Shown piece by piece: positions 55,962-64,000 of a DNA stretch of 64,000 nt. This DNA is from Alphaproteobacteria bacterium. GTDB taxonomy: Bacteria; Pseudomonadota; Alphaproteobacteria; Geminicoccales; Geminicoccaceae. The position numbers and the translations under genes are program-made. The notes below the pieces were generated by a model. The model was not told the origin of the DNA, did not search any database, and worked only from the letters and a program-made list of their open reading frames with translations. Location of the stretch: assembly GCA_030431615.1 (NCBI GenBank), contig JAUIID010000002.1, forward strand, positions 565 through 64,564. The letters run 5' to 3'. How positions within the stretch are numbered: position 1 is the stretch's first letter; each line of letters begins with the position of its first letter.

Positions 55962-56447
55962 CTACAGGGCCCGGCGCTGCTCCAGAGCGGTCTCCGGCGG
56001 CAGGTCGAAGCCGATCAGGATGGAGTAGTTGGCCGAGGTGCCGGCCGCCACGTTCTGGACCCGCTGCTTGAGCTGCTCACGCAGCCGGACCGACCCGTCC
56101 CCGCTACCCGGCGGCACGGCGGTCGCGAAGCTGGCCTTCTCGATCACGTTGCCGGTCGGATCGGCGAGCACGACGAAATAGTTGATCGGTGTGCCTTCCG
56201 GGCCCTCCACCACGATATCGAAGCTGATGTCGAGCTCGAGGGTCTCGTCCTGCAGCTGGCAGAGGCCGTCGATGTTCTCGATGGTCGCCTGGATCTCCTG
56301 CCCGTCGGCGGTGCCGGTGAACCGGTCGAGCCCGTAGATGATGGCGCTGTCTGGGCAGACCGCGGCCTCTTCCGTCTTGCCGACGCAGCCCCCCAACAAG
56401 AGGGCGGGCAAAAGCAGGGCGGCGAGCGGCGGCAGGGCACCACGCAT
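55962..56447 (-). CDS. lipoprotein of unknown function
   Basis: 161 aa from an internal ATG. LLLPALLLGGC lipobox. No family recognised. Confidence 0.6.
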   Translation of the reverse strand: MRGALPPLAALLLPALLLGGCVGKTEEAAVCPDSAIIYGLDRFTGTADGQEIQATIENIDGLCQLQDETLELDISFDIVVEGPEGTPINYFVVLADPTGNVIEKASFATAVPPGSGDGSVRLREQLKQRVQNVAAGTSANYSILIGFDLPPETALEQRRAL

Positions 56448-56458
56448 GACGGAAATCC

Positions 56459-56710
56459 TCAAAGGGCCTTGTGGGTGCCGTCGCAGAGCGGCTGCCTGCC
56501 GGTCCGCTTGCAGCCGCAGAACCAGAGCGCGCCATCCTTCTCGGCGGTGTGCTTCACCGGGCTGAAGTCCGAGCCCTTGTGGCTGCCGTCGCAGAACGGC
56601 TGCGATCGGCTCTGCCCGCAGGCGCACCACCAATAGGCCTTGCCGGCCGTCACCTCGACCTTGAACGGGGCCTTTTGCGGCATCAGGGGCAGCGTCGCGG
56701 TTTCGCTCAT
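56459..56710 (-). CDS. CDGSH iron-sulfur domain protein (two motifs)
   Basis: 83 aa. WWCACGQSRSQPFCDGSH and WFCGCKRTGRQPLCDGTH. Confidence 0.9.
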   Translation of the reverse strand: MSETATLPLMPQKAPFKVEVTAGKAYWWCACGQSRSQPFCDGSHKGSDFSPVKHTAEKDGALWFCGCKRTGRQPLCDGTHKAL

Positions 56711-56815
56711 CGGTGCTCCGGCAGGGGCTGGCAGGCAACTGTGGCCTAGCAAGCTCGCTGGCCTGCGGCAAGGACCGCGCCACCGGCGGGAGGCACGGTC
56801 GGGGGCGAAAGCGCC

Positions 56816-56843
56816 TTGCGCACTGGCGGTACCCTCCTACTAT
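56816..56843 (+). promoter_or_regulatory. putative sigma70-type promoter upstream of the Ppx/GppA gene
   Basis: TTGCGC, 16 nt, then TACTAT, about 20 nt upstream of the ATG at 56863. Motif match only. Confidence 0.3.
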
Positions 56844-56862
56844 GTGTCGATCAGGTGAACAG

Positions 56863-57915
56863 ATGTACAGACACGCAGACCAGACCACGCTCCCCAACGG
56901 AGGCGCCAAGGGTTTCGGCCGGCCTTGGCGAAGCCCGCGCGCCGGGCCGCCGACCCGCATCGCCGCCCTCGATCTCGGCACCAACAACTGCCGGCTGCTG
57001 GTCGCCGAGCCCCACGATACGGCCTTCGAGGTCGTCGACAGCTTCTCGCGCATCACCCGTCTCGGCGAAGGTCTGGCCGGCAGCGGTGCCCTCGGCGACG
57101 CGGCCATCCGGCGGACGCTCGCGGCGCTGGCGGTGTGCAAGCGGATCATCGACCGCAACCGGGTGGCCGAGCTGCGCTGCGTGGCGACCGAGGCCTGCCG
57201 CCGCGCTTCCAACGGCGCCGCCTTCATCGCCCGCGTCGAGCGCGAGGTCGGCCTCAGGCTCGAGGTGCTGAGCCAGGACGAAGAAGCGAAGCTGGCACTT
57301 CTCGGCTGCCTGCCCCTGATCGACGAGGCGGCCGACGAGCTCCTGATGGTCGATATCGGCGGTGGCAGCACCGAGGTGCTCTGGATGGACCGGGCCGGCG
57401 GCGGTCCCGGCGATGCCGTGTCGTTGCCGCTCGGCGTCGTGACGCTCGCCGAATCCTTCGGCCGGGAGCCCGACGAGAGCGAGTACGCGGCCATGGTCGG
57501 CACCGCTCGCCAGGCCCTTACCGAGGCGTCGGTCGGCGGCTTCGTGCCGCGTTCGCTCGAGCCCCCGGCGGTGCAGATGCTCGGCACCTCCGGCACGGTG
57601 ACGACGCTCGCCGCCGTCCACCTCGGGCTGCGTCGCTACGACCGTCGCCGGGTCGACGGACTGACCCTGCCCTATGCGGCGATCGCCGCGGTGACCGAGC
57701 GTCTGCGGCGCCTCGACCACCAGGGCCGGGCCGCCCATCCCTGCATCGGCCAGGGCCGCGCTGACCTCGTCATCGCCGGTTGCGCCATCCTGGATGCAAT
57801 CCACGACTGCTGGCCGATCAGCCGGCTGCGCGTCGCCGACCGCGGGGTGCGCGAAGGCATCCTCAACAGCATCCTCGGGCTCGATCTGGGCGCTGCCCTG
57901 CGCCCGGCCAGCTGA
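56863..57915 (+). CDS. Ppx/GppA family phosphatase
   Basis: 350 aa from an internal ATG. AALDLGTNNCRLLV, ATEACRRA.N, E.RL..LG and DIGGGSTE (ASKHA fold motifs). Confidence 0.9.
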   Translation: MYRHADQTTLPNGGAKGFGRPWRSPRAGPPTRIAALDLGTNNCRLLVAEPHDTAFEVVDSFSRITRLGEGLAGSGALGDAAIRRTLAALAVCKRIIDRNRVAELRCVATEACRRASNGAAFIARVEREVGLRLEVLSQDEEAKLALLGCLPLIDEAADELLMVDIGGGSTEVLWMDRAGGGPGDAVSLPLGVVTLAESFGREPDESEYAAMVGTARQALTEASVGGFVPRSLEPPAVQMLGTSGTVTTLAAVHLGLRRYDRRRVDGLTLPYAAIAAVTERLRRLDHQGRAAHPCIGQGRADLVIAGCAILDAIHDCWPISRLRVADRGVREGILNSILGLDLGAALRPAS

Positions 57916-57932
57916 GAGTCGGCTGAGAGCCC

Positions 57933-58604
57933 ATGCAGCGGACCGAGAAGACCACCCTCAAGCGCTCGCGCACCCGCCGCGCCAGCTCGACCCGCTGGCT
58001 GCAGCGCCAGCTCAACGACCCCTTCGTCCAGCAGGCGCAGCGCGCCGGCTGGCGGGCCCGCTCGGTCTTCAAGCTCGAGGAGATCGACGCCCGCTTCAAG
58101 CTGATCGAGAAGGGCGAGGCGGTGGTCGACCTCGGTGCCGCCCCCGGCAGCTGGAGCCAGTACGCAGCAGCCAAGGGTGCTCGGGTCCTCGCCCTCGACC
58201 TCCTGCCGGTGGACCCGATCAACGGCGTCGAGATCATCCAGGGCGATTTCCTCGATCCCGCCATGCAGGTGACGCTCCTCGAGCGGCTCGGCGGCAAGGT
58301 CAAAACCGTGCTCTCCGACATCGCCCCGGATGCCACCGGCCGGCGCCTCGTCGACCGGCTGCGTGCCGAGGCCGTGGGCGAGACGGTGATCGACTTCGCC
58401 ACGCAGGTTCTCGCCCCCGAAGGCCAGGCACTGATCAAGCTCGTCAAGGGTGCCGAGACCCGCGTCCTCGACCGGGCGCGACCGCATTTCTCGAAGCTTC
58501 GCCTCATCCGCCCGAAGGCGACGCGCAGCGATTCCTCCGAGACCTACCTGCTCGCCAGCGGGTTCCGCTCCACCGAGCCCGGGGACGATCAGCCCGGCAC
58601 GTAG
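57933..58604 (+). CDS. rlmE: 23S rRNA (uridine2552-2'-O)-methyltransferase
   Basis: 223 aa. SSTRWLQRQLNDPFV..A...G.R.RS.FKL.EID, VVDLGAAPGSWSQ, and D.AP..TG. Confidence 0.93.
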   Translation: MQRTEKTTLKRSRTRRASSTRWLQRQLNDPFVQQAQRAGWRARSVFKLEEIDARFKLIEKGEAVVDLGAAPGSWSQYAAAKGARVLALDLLPVDPINGVEIIQGDFLDPAMQVTLLERLGGKVKTVLSDIAPDATGRRLVDRLRAEAVGETVIDFATQVLAPEGQALIKLVKGAETRVLDRARPHFSKLRLIRPKATRSDSSETYLLASGFRSTEPGDDQPGT

Positions 58605-59482
58605 CGCCGCCAGTCGTGCTCCTCCTGAAAGCCCAGCACGTCGCGAATCTTGCGGTTCGAAATCGGCGCCTCGAACTCGCCGAGCGGTCTCGTGATCGGC
58701 GAACCCGGTGCATGCTTGCGCAGGAACGCCTCCGTCGGCTCGCGCGCGGTGACGGTGTCGTTGACCGCGTTGAAGACCTGAAAGCCGAGCCCATCCTTGG
58801 CGAGGCAGCGATCGACGATCTGGGCGAGATCGCGGGCGTCGATATAGCTCCAGGCATTGCGCTTGCGCGACGGCGGATCCTGGAGGAACGTGGTGAACCG
58901 GTCGTACTCGTGCGGCTCGATGACGTTGCCGATCCGGAGCGCGTAGATGTCGGCACCGGTCCGCATGGCGAAGGCCCGTGCGGTTTTTTCGTTCACAACC
59001 TTGGAAAGCCCGTAGCTGTCCATCGGATCGACGTCGTAGTCCTCCTCGAGCGGGAAACTCTTGAAGTCCTTGTCGCCCTCGGCGAAGCAGACGCCGTAGG
59101 TGGTCTCGCTCGACGCGATGACGATCTTCCTGATGCCGAGCTTCACTGCAGCCTCGATGACATTGTAGGTCGAGACCACGTTGATCCGGAACGTCTCATT
59201 GTCCGGCTTGATGAGCACGCGCGGCACCGCGGCGAAGTGGACGACGGCATCGATCGGCGCCGGCCCCTTGCCCGTCTCGAAACCGGCGAAGCCGAAATGC
59301 ATCGAGAGTGCATTGAAGGCCTGCCCGCTGTCGGTGAGATCGGTGACGAGGGTGTTCACGCCCGGATGCTCGAGCGGCACCAGGTCGAGATTCAAGACCT
59401 CGTGGCCGCGATCCAGCAGATAGGGCACGACATGCCGGCCGGCCTTGCCGCTGCCGCCGGTGAAGACAATGCGCTTGGTCAT
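58589..59482 (-). CDS. NAD-dependent epimerase/dehydratase family protein
   Basis: 297 aa. IVFTGGSGKAGRH Rossmann-like motif and YGLSKVVNE (YxxxK). Confidence 0.85.
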   Translation of the reverse strand: MTKRIVFTGGSGKAGRHVVPYLLDRGHEVLNLDLVPLEHPGVNTLVTDLTDSGQAFNALSMHFGFAGFETGKGPAPIDAVVHFAAVPRVLIKPDNETFRINVVSTYNVIEAAVKLGIRKIVIASSETTYGVCFAEGDKDFKSFPLEEDYDVDPMDSYGLSKVVNEKTARAFAMRTGADIYALRIGNVIEPHEYDRFTTFLQDPPSRKRNAWSYIDARDLAQIVDRCLAKDGLGFQVFNAVNDTVTAREPTEAFLRKHAPGSPITRPLGEFEAPISNRKIRDVLGFQEEHDWRRYVPG

Positions 59483-59599
59483 GCCGATTTCCTTTGCTTG
59501 GGACCAACGTCCTGTCGATCAGGTATGTACCAACCACGCATACTTGTCGTTGCAAGGCGCCGCCGGCAACCCGTTCCACCCGAACACAAGCCGGCTTCT

Positions 59600-59842
59600 T
59601 CAGTCGAGCCGTCCGCCCCGTCGCAGGCGTTGCGCCAAATCTTCGGCCTGTGCCTCGTCGCCGGCAACCAGCGCCCAGACATGGGCCTGCGTCCAGAAGA
59701 ACGCGGCGGCGTCGGTGGCACCGCGCGCCGCGCCAAGGTCGCCCGCCAGTCGATACAGGCCGGTGAGAGTCGCCGCATCGCCTTCCGCGGCCGCCGCCTT
59801 CAGCCGGGCGTCGAGCGTCGCCTCGTCCGGCTCATCCGCCAT
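59600..59842 (-). CDS. hypothetical 80-aa helical protein
   Basis: Internal ATG overlapping the Rieske gene stop by 11 nt. Third codon positions are GC-rich. No family recognised. Confidence 0.4.
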   Translation of the reverse strand: MADEPDEATLDARLKAAAAEGDAATLTGLYRLAGDLGAARGATDAAAFFWTQAHVWALVAGDEAQAEDLAQRLRRGGRLD

Positions 59843-60980
59843 CGAGCCCCGTCGTGCGGTAGCGCTCGGCGACCCAGAGGTGGAAGGCGCGGGTGGCGCC
59901 GTCCATGGCGGGCGACAGCACGCCGCCGTCGAAGCCGGTCGCATGGCGGCCCCGCTGCATGCCCTCGACCACGCCGATGTCCTCGGCGAAGACCTCGCGC
60001 CAGAGCCGGGCGAGGGCCTCGCGCAACGAAGCGTGATCGGCGTCGAGCGCCCTGCCGTCGGCGAACCAGAGCGCGACGTGCTCGGCGGTGCGGTCGACCG
60101 CGAGCGGGTCAAGGCGGAGCGCGAAGGTGTGGTCCTTGTGCACGCCGAGCAGGAGATTGGGATAGAGGGCGACGTACTCGGCACCCTCGTCCCACTGGCT
60201 GCCGAGGCCGGCAAAGCGCGGCAGGCGGCTGCCGTCGGCGGCGAGCATCGGGCGGTAGGCCCGTGTCCCCTGGCCCGAGCAGCCGGTCTCGACGATGTCG
60301 TAGTGGTCCTCGAGCCTGGAATAGCTGTTCAGCCCCGGATGCACCCAAGGCAGGTGATAGCTCTCGCAATAGTTCTCGACCGCGAGCTTCCAGTTGGTCT
60401 CTACCTCGAGCGTGAAGCGGCAGTCGGCGCCGCCGGCGAAGAGCGGCCGGTCGGCGAAGTCGGCCCAGCGACGGGCGAGGGGGGCGATGAACTCGGCGAA
60501 GGGCGGGGCGGTACCCGAGAGGTCGACGAAGACGCAGCCCAGCCACTCGGCCGAGCGGACCTCGACGAGGCCGAGCGCTGCCCGGTCGATGGCCGGATCG
60601 CTGCTCCGGCCCGGCCCGCCGACATGCGGCGTCGCCTTGAGCGTGCCGTCGAGGGCGTAGCACCAGGAATGATAGGGGCAGCGGATGGCGCCCTTGAGCC
60701 GCGTTGGCGCCTCGACGAGCGTCATGCCGCGATGCCGGCAGACATTCCAGAAGACCCGGAGCCGCCCGTCGCGGTCGCGCGCCAGGAGCAGCGGCCGGCG
60801 GCCGAGACCGATCGGGGCGACAGAGCCCGGCTCCGGTACGTCCGCGGCAAAGCCGATGCAGCACCACCCGCCACCCCAGACCCGGTCGAGCTCATGCGCG
60901 AAGAAGTCGGGGTCGGTGTAGCACCGGTTGCCGAGGGGTACGCGCCCCCGTTCCGTCAGCCGTTCGACCGCGATCGCCAT
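59832..60980 (-). CDS. Rieske [2Fe-2S] non-heme-iron oxygenase, alpha-subunit type
   Basis: 382 aa. CRHRG...CPYHSW Rieske motif and a mononuclear-iron region ENYCESYHLPWVHP. Confidence 0.88.
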   Translation of the reverse strand: MAIAVERLTERGRVPLGNRCYTDPDFFAHELDRVWGGGWCCIGFAADVPEPGSVAPIGLGRRPLLLARDRDGRLRVFWNVCRHRGMTLVEAPTRLKGAIRCPYHSWCYALDGTLKATPHVGGPGRSSDPAIDRAALGLVEVRSAEWLGCVFVDLSGTAPPFAEFIAPLARRWADFADRPLFAGGADCRFTLEVETNWKLAVENYCESYHLPWVHPGLNSYSRLEDHYDIVETGCSGQGTRAYRPMLAADGSRLPRFAGLGSQWDEGAEYVALYPNLLLGVHKDHTFALRLDPLAVDRTAEHVALWFADGRALDADHASLREALARLWREVFAEDIGVVEGMQRGRHATGFDGGVLSPAMDGATRAFHLWVAERYRTTGLDGG

Positions 60981-61064
60981 GCTCGCACCCCGGGCTTCCT
61001 CACCCGGGGCACGTTCGGCCGAAGGCGTCGCCCGGGCTTGCGCCCGAGCGACACGCGAGGCCGC

Positions 61065-62240
61065 TCAGGCGGCGCGTTTCGCCAGGAAGCCGGCGATCCG
61101 GTCCATCGCCTTCTCGATCTCCTCGATCGAGGCGGCATAGGAGAAGCGCACATAGCCCTCGCCATGGACGCCGAAGCTGGTGCCGCTGATGATCGCGACC
61201 CCGGCATCGTTGAGCAGCCCGTCCTGCATCGCCCGCGAGCCGAGCCCGGTGCCCTCGATATTGGGAAAGGCGTAGAAGGCGCCGCCGGGCACGGCGCAGC
61301 GGAAGCCGGGCAGCGCGTTGAGCCGCTCGATGATCACCGACCGCCGCTTGTCGAAGGCCTCGACCATGCTGGCGACCGCGTCCTGCGGCCCGTCGAGTGC
61401 CGCGATGCCGGCATATTGCGTGGCGGCATTGACGCAGGAATTGACGTTGATGGCGAGTTGCGTGGCAAGCTCGGCGAGATCCTTTGGCCATACCCCCCAG
61501 CCCAGCCGCCAGCCGGTCATGGCATAGGTCTTCGACCAGCCGTCCAGCAGGATCAGCCGGTCGGCGATCTCGGGATATGTCGTGAGCGAGGCGTGCGGCA
61601 CGCCGTCGTAGCACATGCGGGCGTAGATCTCGTCCGACATCACCGCCACCTCGGGGAAGTCGGCGAGGCCCTTGACGAACTTGTCGAGCTCGGCCTTCGG
61701 CACCACGCCGCCCGTCGGGTTGGCCGGGCTGTTGACGATGATCAGCCGCGTGCGGTCGGTGATCTGGCCGAGCACCTCCTCGGCCGAGAAGGCGAAGCCC
61801 TTGCTCTCGTGCAGCGCCATCGGGATCGCCTTGGCGCCGGTGAACTCGATCATCGAGCGATAGATCGGAAAGCCGGGGTCCGGATACATGATCTCGGCAC
61901 CCGGCTCGCCGAACATCAGCATGGCGAAGGCCATGGTGACCTTGCCACCCGGCACGACGACGACCGAGGCGGGATCGACCTCGACCCCGCGCCGCTCGGC
62001 CATGTCGCGCACCACCGCCTCGCGCAGCGGCAGGATGCCGTTGGCCGGCGTGTAGCCGTGATGGCCGTCCCGGAGCGCCTTGACGGCCGCCTCGACGATA
62101 TGCGGCGGCGTCGGGAAGTCCGGCTGGCCGATGCCGAGATTGATGATGTCGCGCCCCTGCGCCTTGAGCGCCGTCGCCCGCGCCAAGACCTCGAAAGCAC
62201 TTTCCGTGCCCAGCCGCCCCATGGCCGCCGCGAGCCGCAT
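61065..62240 (-). CDS. pyridoxal-phosphate-dependent aminotransferase (class I, AspC-like)
   Basis: 391 aa from an internal ATG preceded by GGAGGG. INLGIGQPDF, GY....G...LR, NPTG and SKTYAMTGWRLGW (PLP Lys). Confidence 0.9.
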   Translation of the reverse strand: MRLAAAMGRLGTESAFEVLARATALKAQGRDIINLGIGQPDFPTPPHIVEAAVKALRDGHHGYTPANGILPLREAVVRDMAERRGVEVDPASVVVVPGGKVTMAFAMLMFGEPGAEIMYPDPGFPIYRSMIEFTGAKAIPMALHESKGFAFSAEEVLGQITDRTRLIIVNSPANPTGGVVPKAELDKFVKGLADFPEVAVMSDEIYARMCYDGVPHASLTTYPEIADRLILLDGWSKTYAMTGWRLGWGVWPKDLAELATQLAINVNSCVNAATQYAGIAALDGPQDAVASMVEAFDKRRSVIIERLNALPGFRCAVPGGAFYAFPNIEGTGLGSRAMQDGLLNDAGVAIISGTSFGVHGEGYVRFSYAASIEEIEKAMDRIAGFLAKRAA

Positions 62241-62390
62241 TGCCGTCCCTCCCCGTATGGTCCGAATAGCACCGGCGGACCCGGCCGCCAGGCGCCGGCG
62301 GAATGTGGCAGGGGCGGGCACGGCCGGCAATCCCCGGCTCGGCCTCTCATCCGTTCCTGCCGTGGCGGCGGCCCCCGGGCCGGTGGTGCC

Positions 62391-62425
62391 AAAAAAAATG
62401 CCTGTGAGGAGGTTGTCCTCACAGG
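62391..62425 (-). terminator. Rho-independent terminator
   Basis: On the minus strand: CCTGTGAGGA-CAACC-TCCTCACAGG (perfect 10-bp stem), then CA and eight T. It lies ~100 nt downstream of the PAS-like gene stop. Confidence 0.85.
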
Positions 62426-62527
62426 CGGCAAGTCTCAGCCCTCAGCGAGGCAATAAAAAGCACGGCAGCCCAGTCGCGATCTGTGACAATTCGCACATTT
62501 CGGCGCGAGGCGTCATTTTTCCCCTCG

Positions 62528-62986
62528 TTACGCGCTGGTTGGCCGGGAGTTCATCAACTGCAGGGCGCCCAGTTTGCTGACCTCCAGAAGCTCGGTCACC
62601 TTGCAGCCGTCGTCGGACGTAGGCAAAAGCAACTGTTGGTAGATAAAGGACTTGCCTCTGACCTTGAACTCGACAAGTTGCAGGAGGGGCACCCCGGTGA
62701 CCGTCGCCGCGTCCAGGTCGAGGCGCAGGCTCTCCTCGAGCGTCATCGAGGGAGCGTGCACCTGCGTGGCGCCGAGAAAGGGGGCGAGCCGACCGGCATA
62801 GGCGCCGCGGCCGAGCCAGAGGGCGTCGGGCACCAGCAGGCGGAAGGTCGGCGTGTCGACCGCACAGCGCGGGGGCAGGTGGGCGCCGTCCTTGCGCTCG
62901 GCCCAGTAGCGATAGGCGACGATCAGGGCGGGGTCGGTGATGGTCAATGCCGGAATCGGCAAGGAGCGCTTGTGCACCCACTGCAT
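62528..62986 (-). CDS. PAS_5 (DUF1457)-type PAS domain protein
   Basis: 152 aa. ..AYRYWAERKDGAHLPPR..VD......LVP...L.... is the pattern common to small alphaproteobacterial PAS_5 proteins. Confidence 0.6.
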   Translation of the reverse strand: MQWVHKRSLPIPALTITDPALIVAYRYWAERKDGAHLPPRCAVDTPTFRLLVPDALWLGRGAYAGRLAPFLGATQVHAPSMTLEESLRLDLDAATVTGVPLLQLVEFKVRGKSFIYQQLLLPTSDDGCKVTELLEVSKLGALQLMNSRPTSA

Positions 62987-63119
62987 AGGCGTTTCCCTCT
63001 ACTTGAGGCGGTTGTCGACCCGCTGCAGGGGACTTCATGTCCCCCGGTGGACGCATCGGGCCGGTGACCCTCTTTCTCGCATTCCAAGGTGAAGTCGCGG
63101 TAAAGCCAGGGCGGCGATG

Positions 63120-64000
63120 TCAGCCGCCGAATATACCCCGGTGCCGCAAAAGGTGGTCGGCCAGCACCACGGCGAGCATTGCCTCGCCGACCGGCACGGC
63201 ACGGATGCCGACACAGGGGTCGTGCCGGCCCTTGGTGACGATCTCGGTCTCGTCGCCGTCCGCCGTCACCGAGCGGCGCGGCGCCAGGATCGACGAGGTC
63301 GGCTTGACCGCGAAGCGGACGACGATGTCCTGCCCGGTCGAGATGCCACCGAGGATCCCGCCGGCCTGGTTGGAGAGGAAGATCGGGCCGTCCGCGCCCT
63401 TGCGCATCTCATCGGCGTTCTCCTCGCCCGAGAGCGCTGCCGCCGCCATGCCGGCGCCGATCTCGACGCCCTTGACCGCGTTGATGCTCATCATCGCCCT
63501 GGCGAGGTCGGCGTCGAGCTTGTCGTAAATCGGCTCGCCGAGGCCTGCCGGCACGCCCGAGGCGACCACCTCGACCACGGCCCCGATGGACGACCCGGCC
63601 TTGCGGACGCGGCCGAGCAGCTCTTCCCAGCGCAATGCGGCCTCCCTGTCCGGGCACCAGAAGTGGTTGGCCTCGATCGCCTCCGCATCGAAGCGCTGCC
63701 GGTCGATCCGGTCGGCGCCCATCTGCACCATGTAGCCCCGGATGGTGATCTCCGGCCCCAGGACCTTGCGGGCGATGGCACCCGCCGCGACCCGCATCGC
63801 CGTCTCGCGCGCCGAGCTCCGCCCGCCGCCCCGGTAGTCGCGGATGCCGTACTTGGCGTCATAGGTGAAATCGGCGTGGCCCGGCCGGTAGCTCCGGGCG
63901 ATGGCCCCGTAGTCCTTCGAGCGCTGGTCCTCGTTCCTGATCAGGAGGCTGATCGGCGTGCCGGTGGTCAGGCCCTCGAACACGCCGGAGAGGATCTCGA
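63120..64000 (-). CDS. aroC: chorismate synthase (N-terminus lies beyond the window end)
   Basis: ..[29 protein letters not shown]...[30 protein letters not shown]...GRHDPCVG... The frame is open to position 64000. Confidence 0.93.
   Translation of the reverse strand, partial: EILSGVFEGLTTGTPISLLIRNEDQRSKDYGAIARSYRPGHADFTYDAKYGIRDYRGGGRSSARETAMRVAAGAIARKVLGPEITIRGYMVQMGADRIDRQRFDAEAIEANHFWCPDREAALRWEELLGRVRKAGSSIGAVVEVVASGVPAGLGEPIYDKLDADLARAMMSINAVKGVEIGAGMAAAALSGEENADEMRKGADGPIFLSNQAGGILGGISTGQDIVVRFAVKPTSSILAPRRSVTADGDETEIVTKGRHDPCVGIRAVPVGEAMLAVVLADHLLRHRGIFGG

Noticed and set aside
55962-57596. 544-aa minus-strand ORF spanning the lipoprotein, CDGSH and Ppx regions.
   Set aside because: Only the C-terminal 161 aa (a lipobox protein) look real. 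The rest is antisense to the Ppx/GppA gene and out of frame with the CDGSH gene.
58975-58995. A T-run (GCGGTTTTTTCGTTC) that might be a terminator.
   Set aside because: It lies inside the epimerase coding sequence (58589-59482) and has no preceding stable hairpin.
1-64000. CRISPR arrays, tandem repeats, IS elements, rRNA genes and riboswitches.
   Set aside because: Reading through all intergenic regions, I saw no periodic direct repeats, no terminal inverted repeats with a transposase, and no recognisable riboswitch cores. This was a visual scan only. A covariance-model search (Rfam) and a repeat finder would be needed to exclude them rigorously.

Overview
This window is GC-rich, densely packed chromosomal DNA of alphaproteobacterial type. 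The taxon call is an inference from gene content: a HisKA_2 kinase, a PAS_5/DUF1457 protein, the rph-rdgB pair and the GST-queG pair. I can support about 70 protein genes, 2 tRNA-Ala genes and no rRNA.

Main blocks, in order:
- 1-3.7 kb: start of glcB, tRNA-Ala(UGC), rdgB-rph, yggU-yggT, tRNA-Ala(CGC) and bioY.
- 4-7.2 kb: assorted enzymes, including a secreted AlgL-type lyase.
- 7.3-18 kb: a purine-oxidation and uptake cluster. uraH-xdhABC is stop/start-overlapped with a BMP-family ABC importer, and a NanA/DapA-type aldolase sits inside the importer.
- 18.5-22 kb: an AKR/epimerase operon.
- 22-24 kb: a stand-alone octaheme cytochrome c fused to helical repeats.
- 24-25.6 kb: a GNAT and an orphan MT-A70 methyltransferase.
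- 25.9-30.4 kb: a TRAP transporter followed by a PL14-like lipoprotein.
- 30.4-40.4 kb: sensor kinase, EamA transporter, GT4, hydrolase, GSTs, queG, pirin and an MBL hydrolase.
- 40.4-44.2 kb: putA.
- 44.3-46.3 kb: a DUF29 gene next to a dctP-dctQ pair that has no dctM.
- 46.5-50 kb: cytochrome P460, a membrane adenylate cyclase, DUF1232, a GNAT and a Uma2 nuclease.
- 50-56 kb: a kinase coupled to a divergent enolase paralog, divergently arranged against a 2-hydroxyacid dehydrogenase, DUF4399 and a molybdoenzyme.
- 56-64 kb: CDGSH protein, ppx/gppA-type phosphatase, rlmE, Rieske oxygenase, aminotransferase and aroC (runs off the window).

I found no transposase, integrase, CRISPR array, prophage block or recognisable defence system. 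The best candidate for undescribed biology is the APH-fold kinase / atypical enolase / D-2-hydroxyacid dehydrogenase module at 50-53.3 kb. Secondary oddities are the aldolase inside the purine transporter operon, the DctQ subunit with a long N-terminal extension, the TRAP operon lacking dctM, and a queG with no canonical start codon. All family assignments come from motif recognition by eye, not from database searches.
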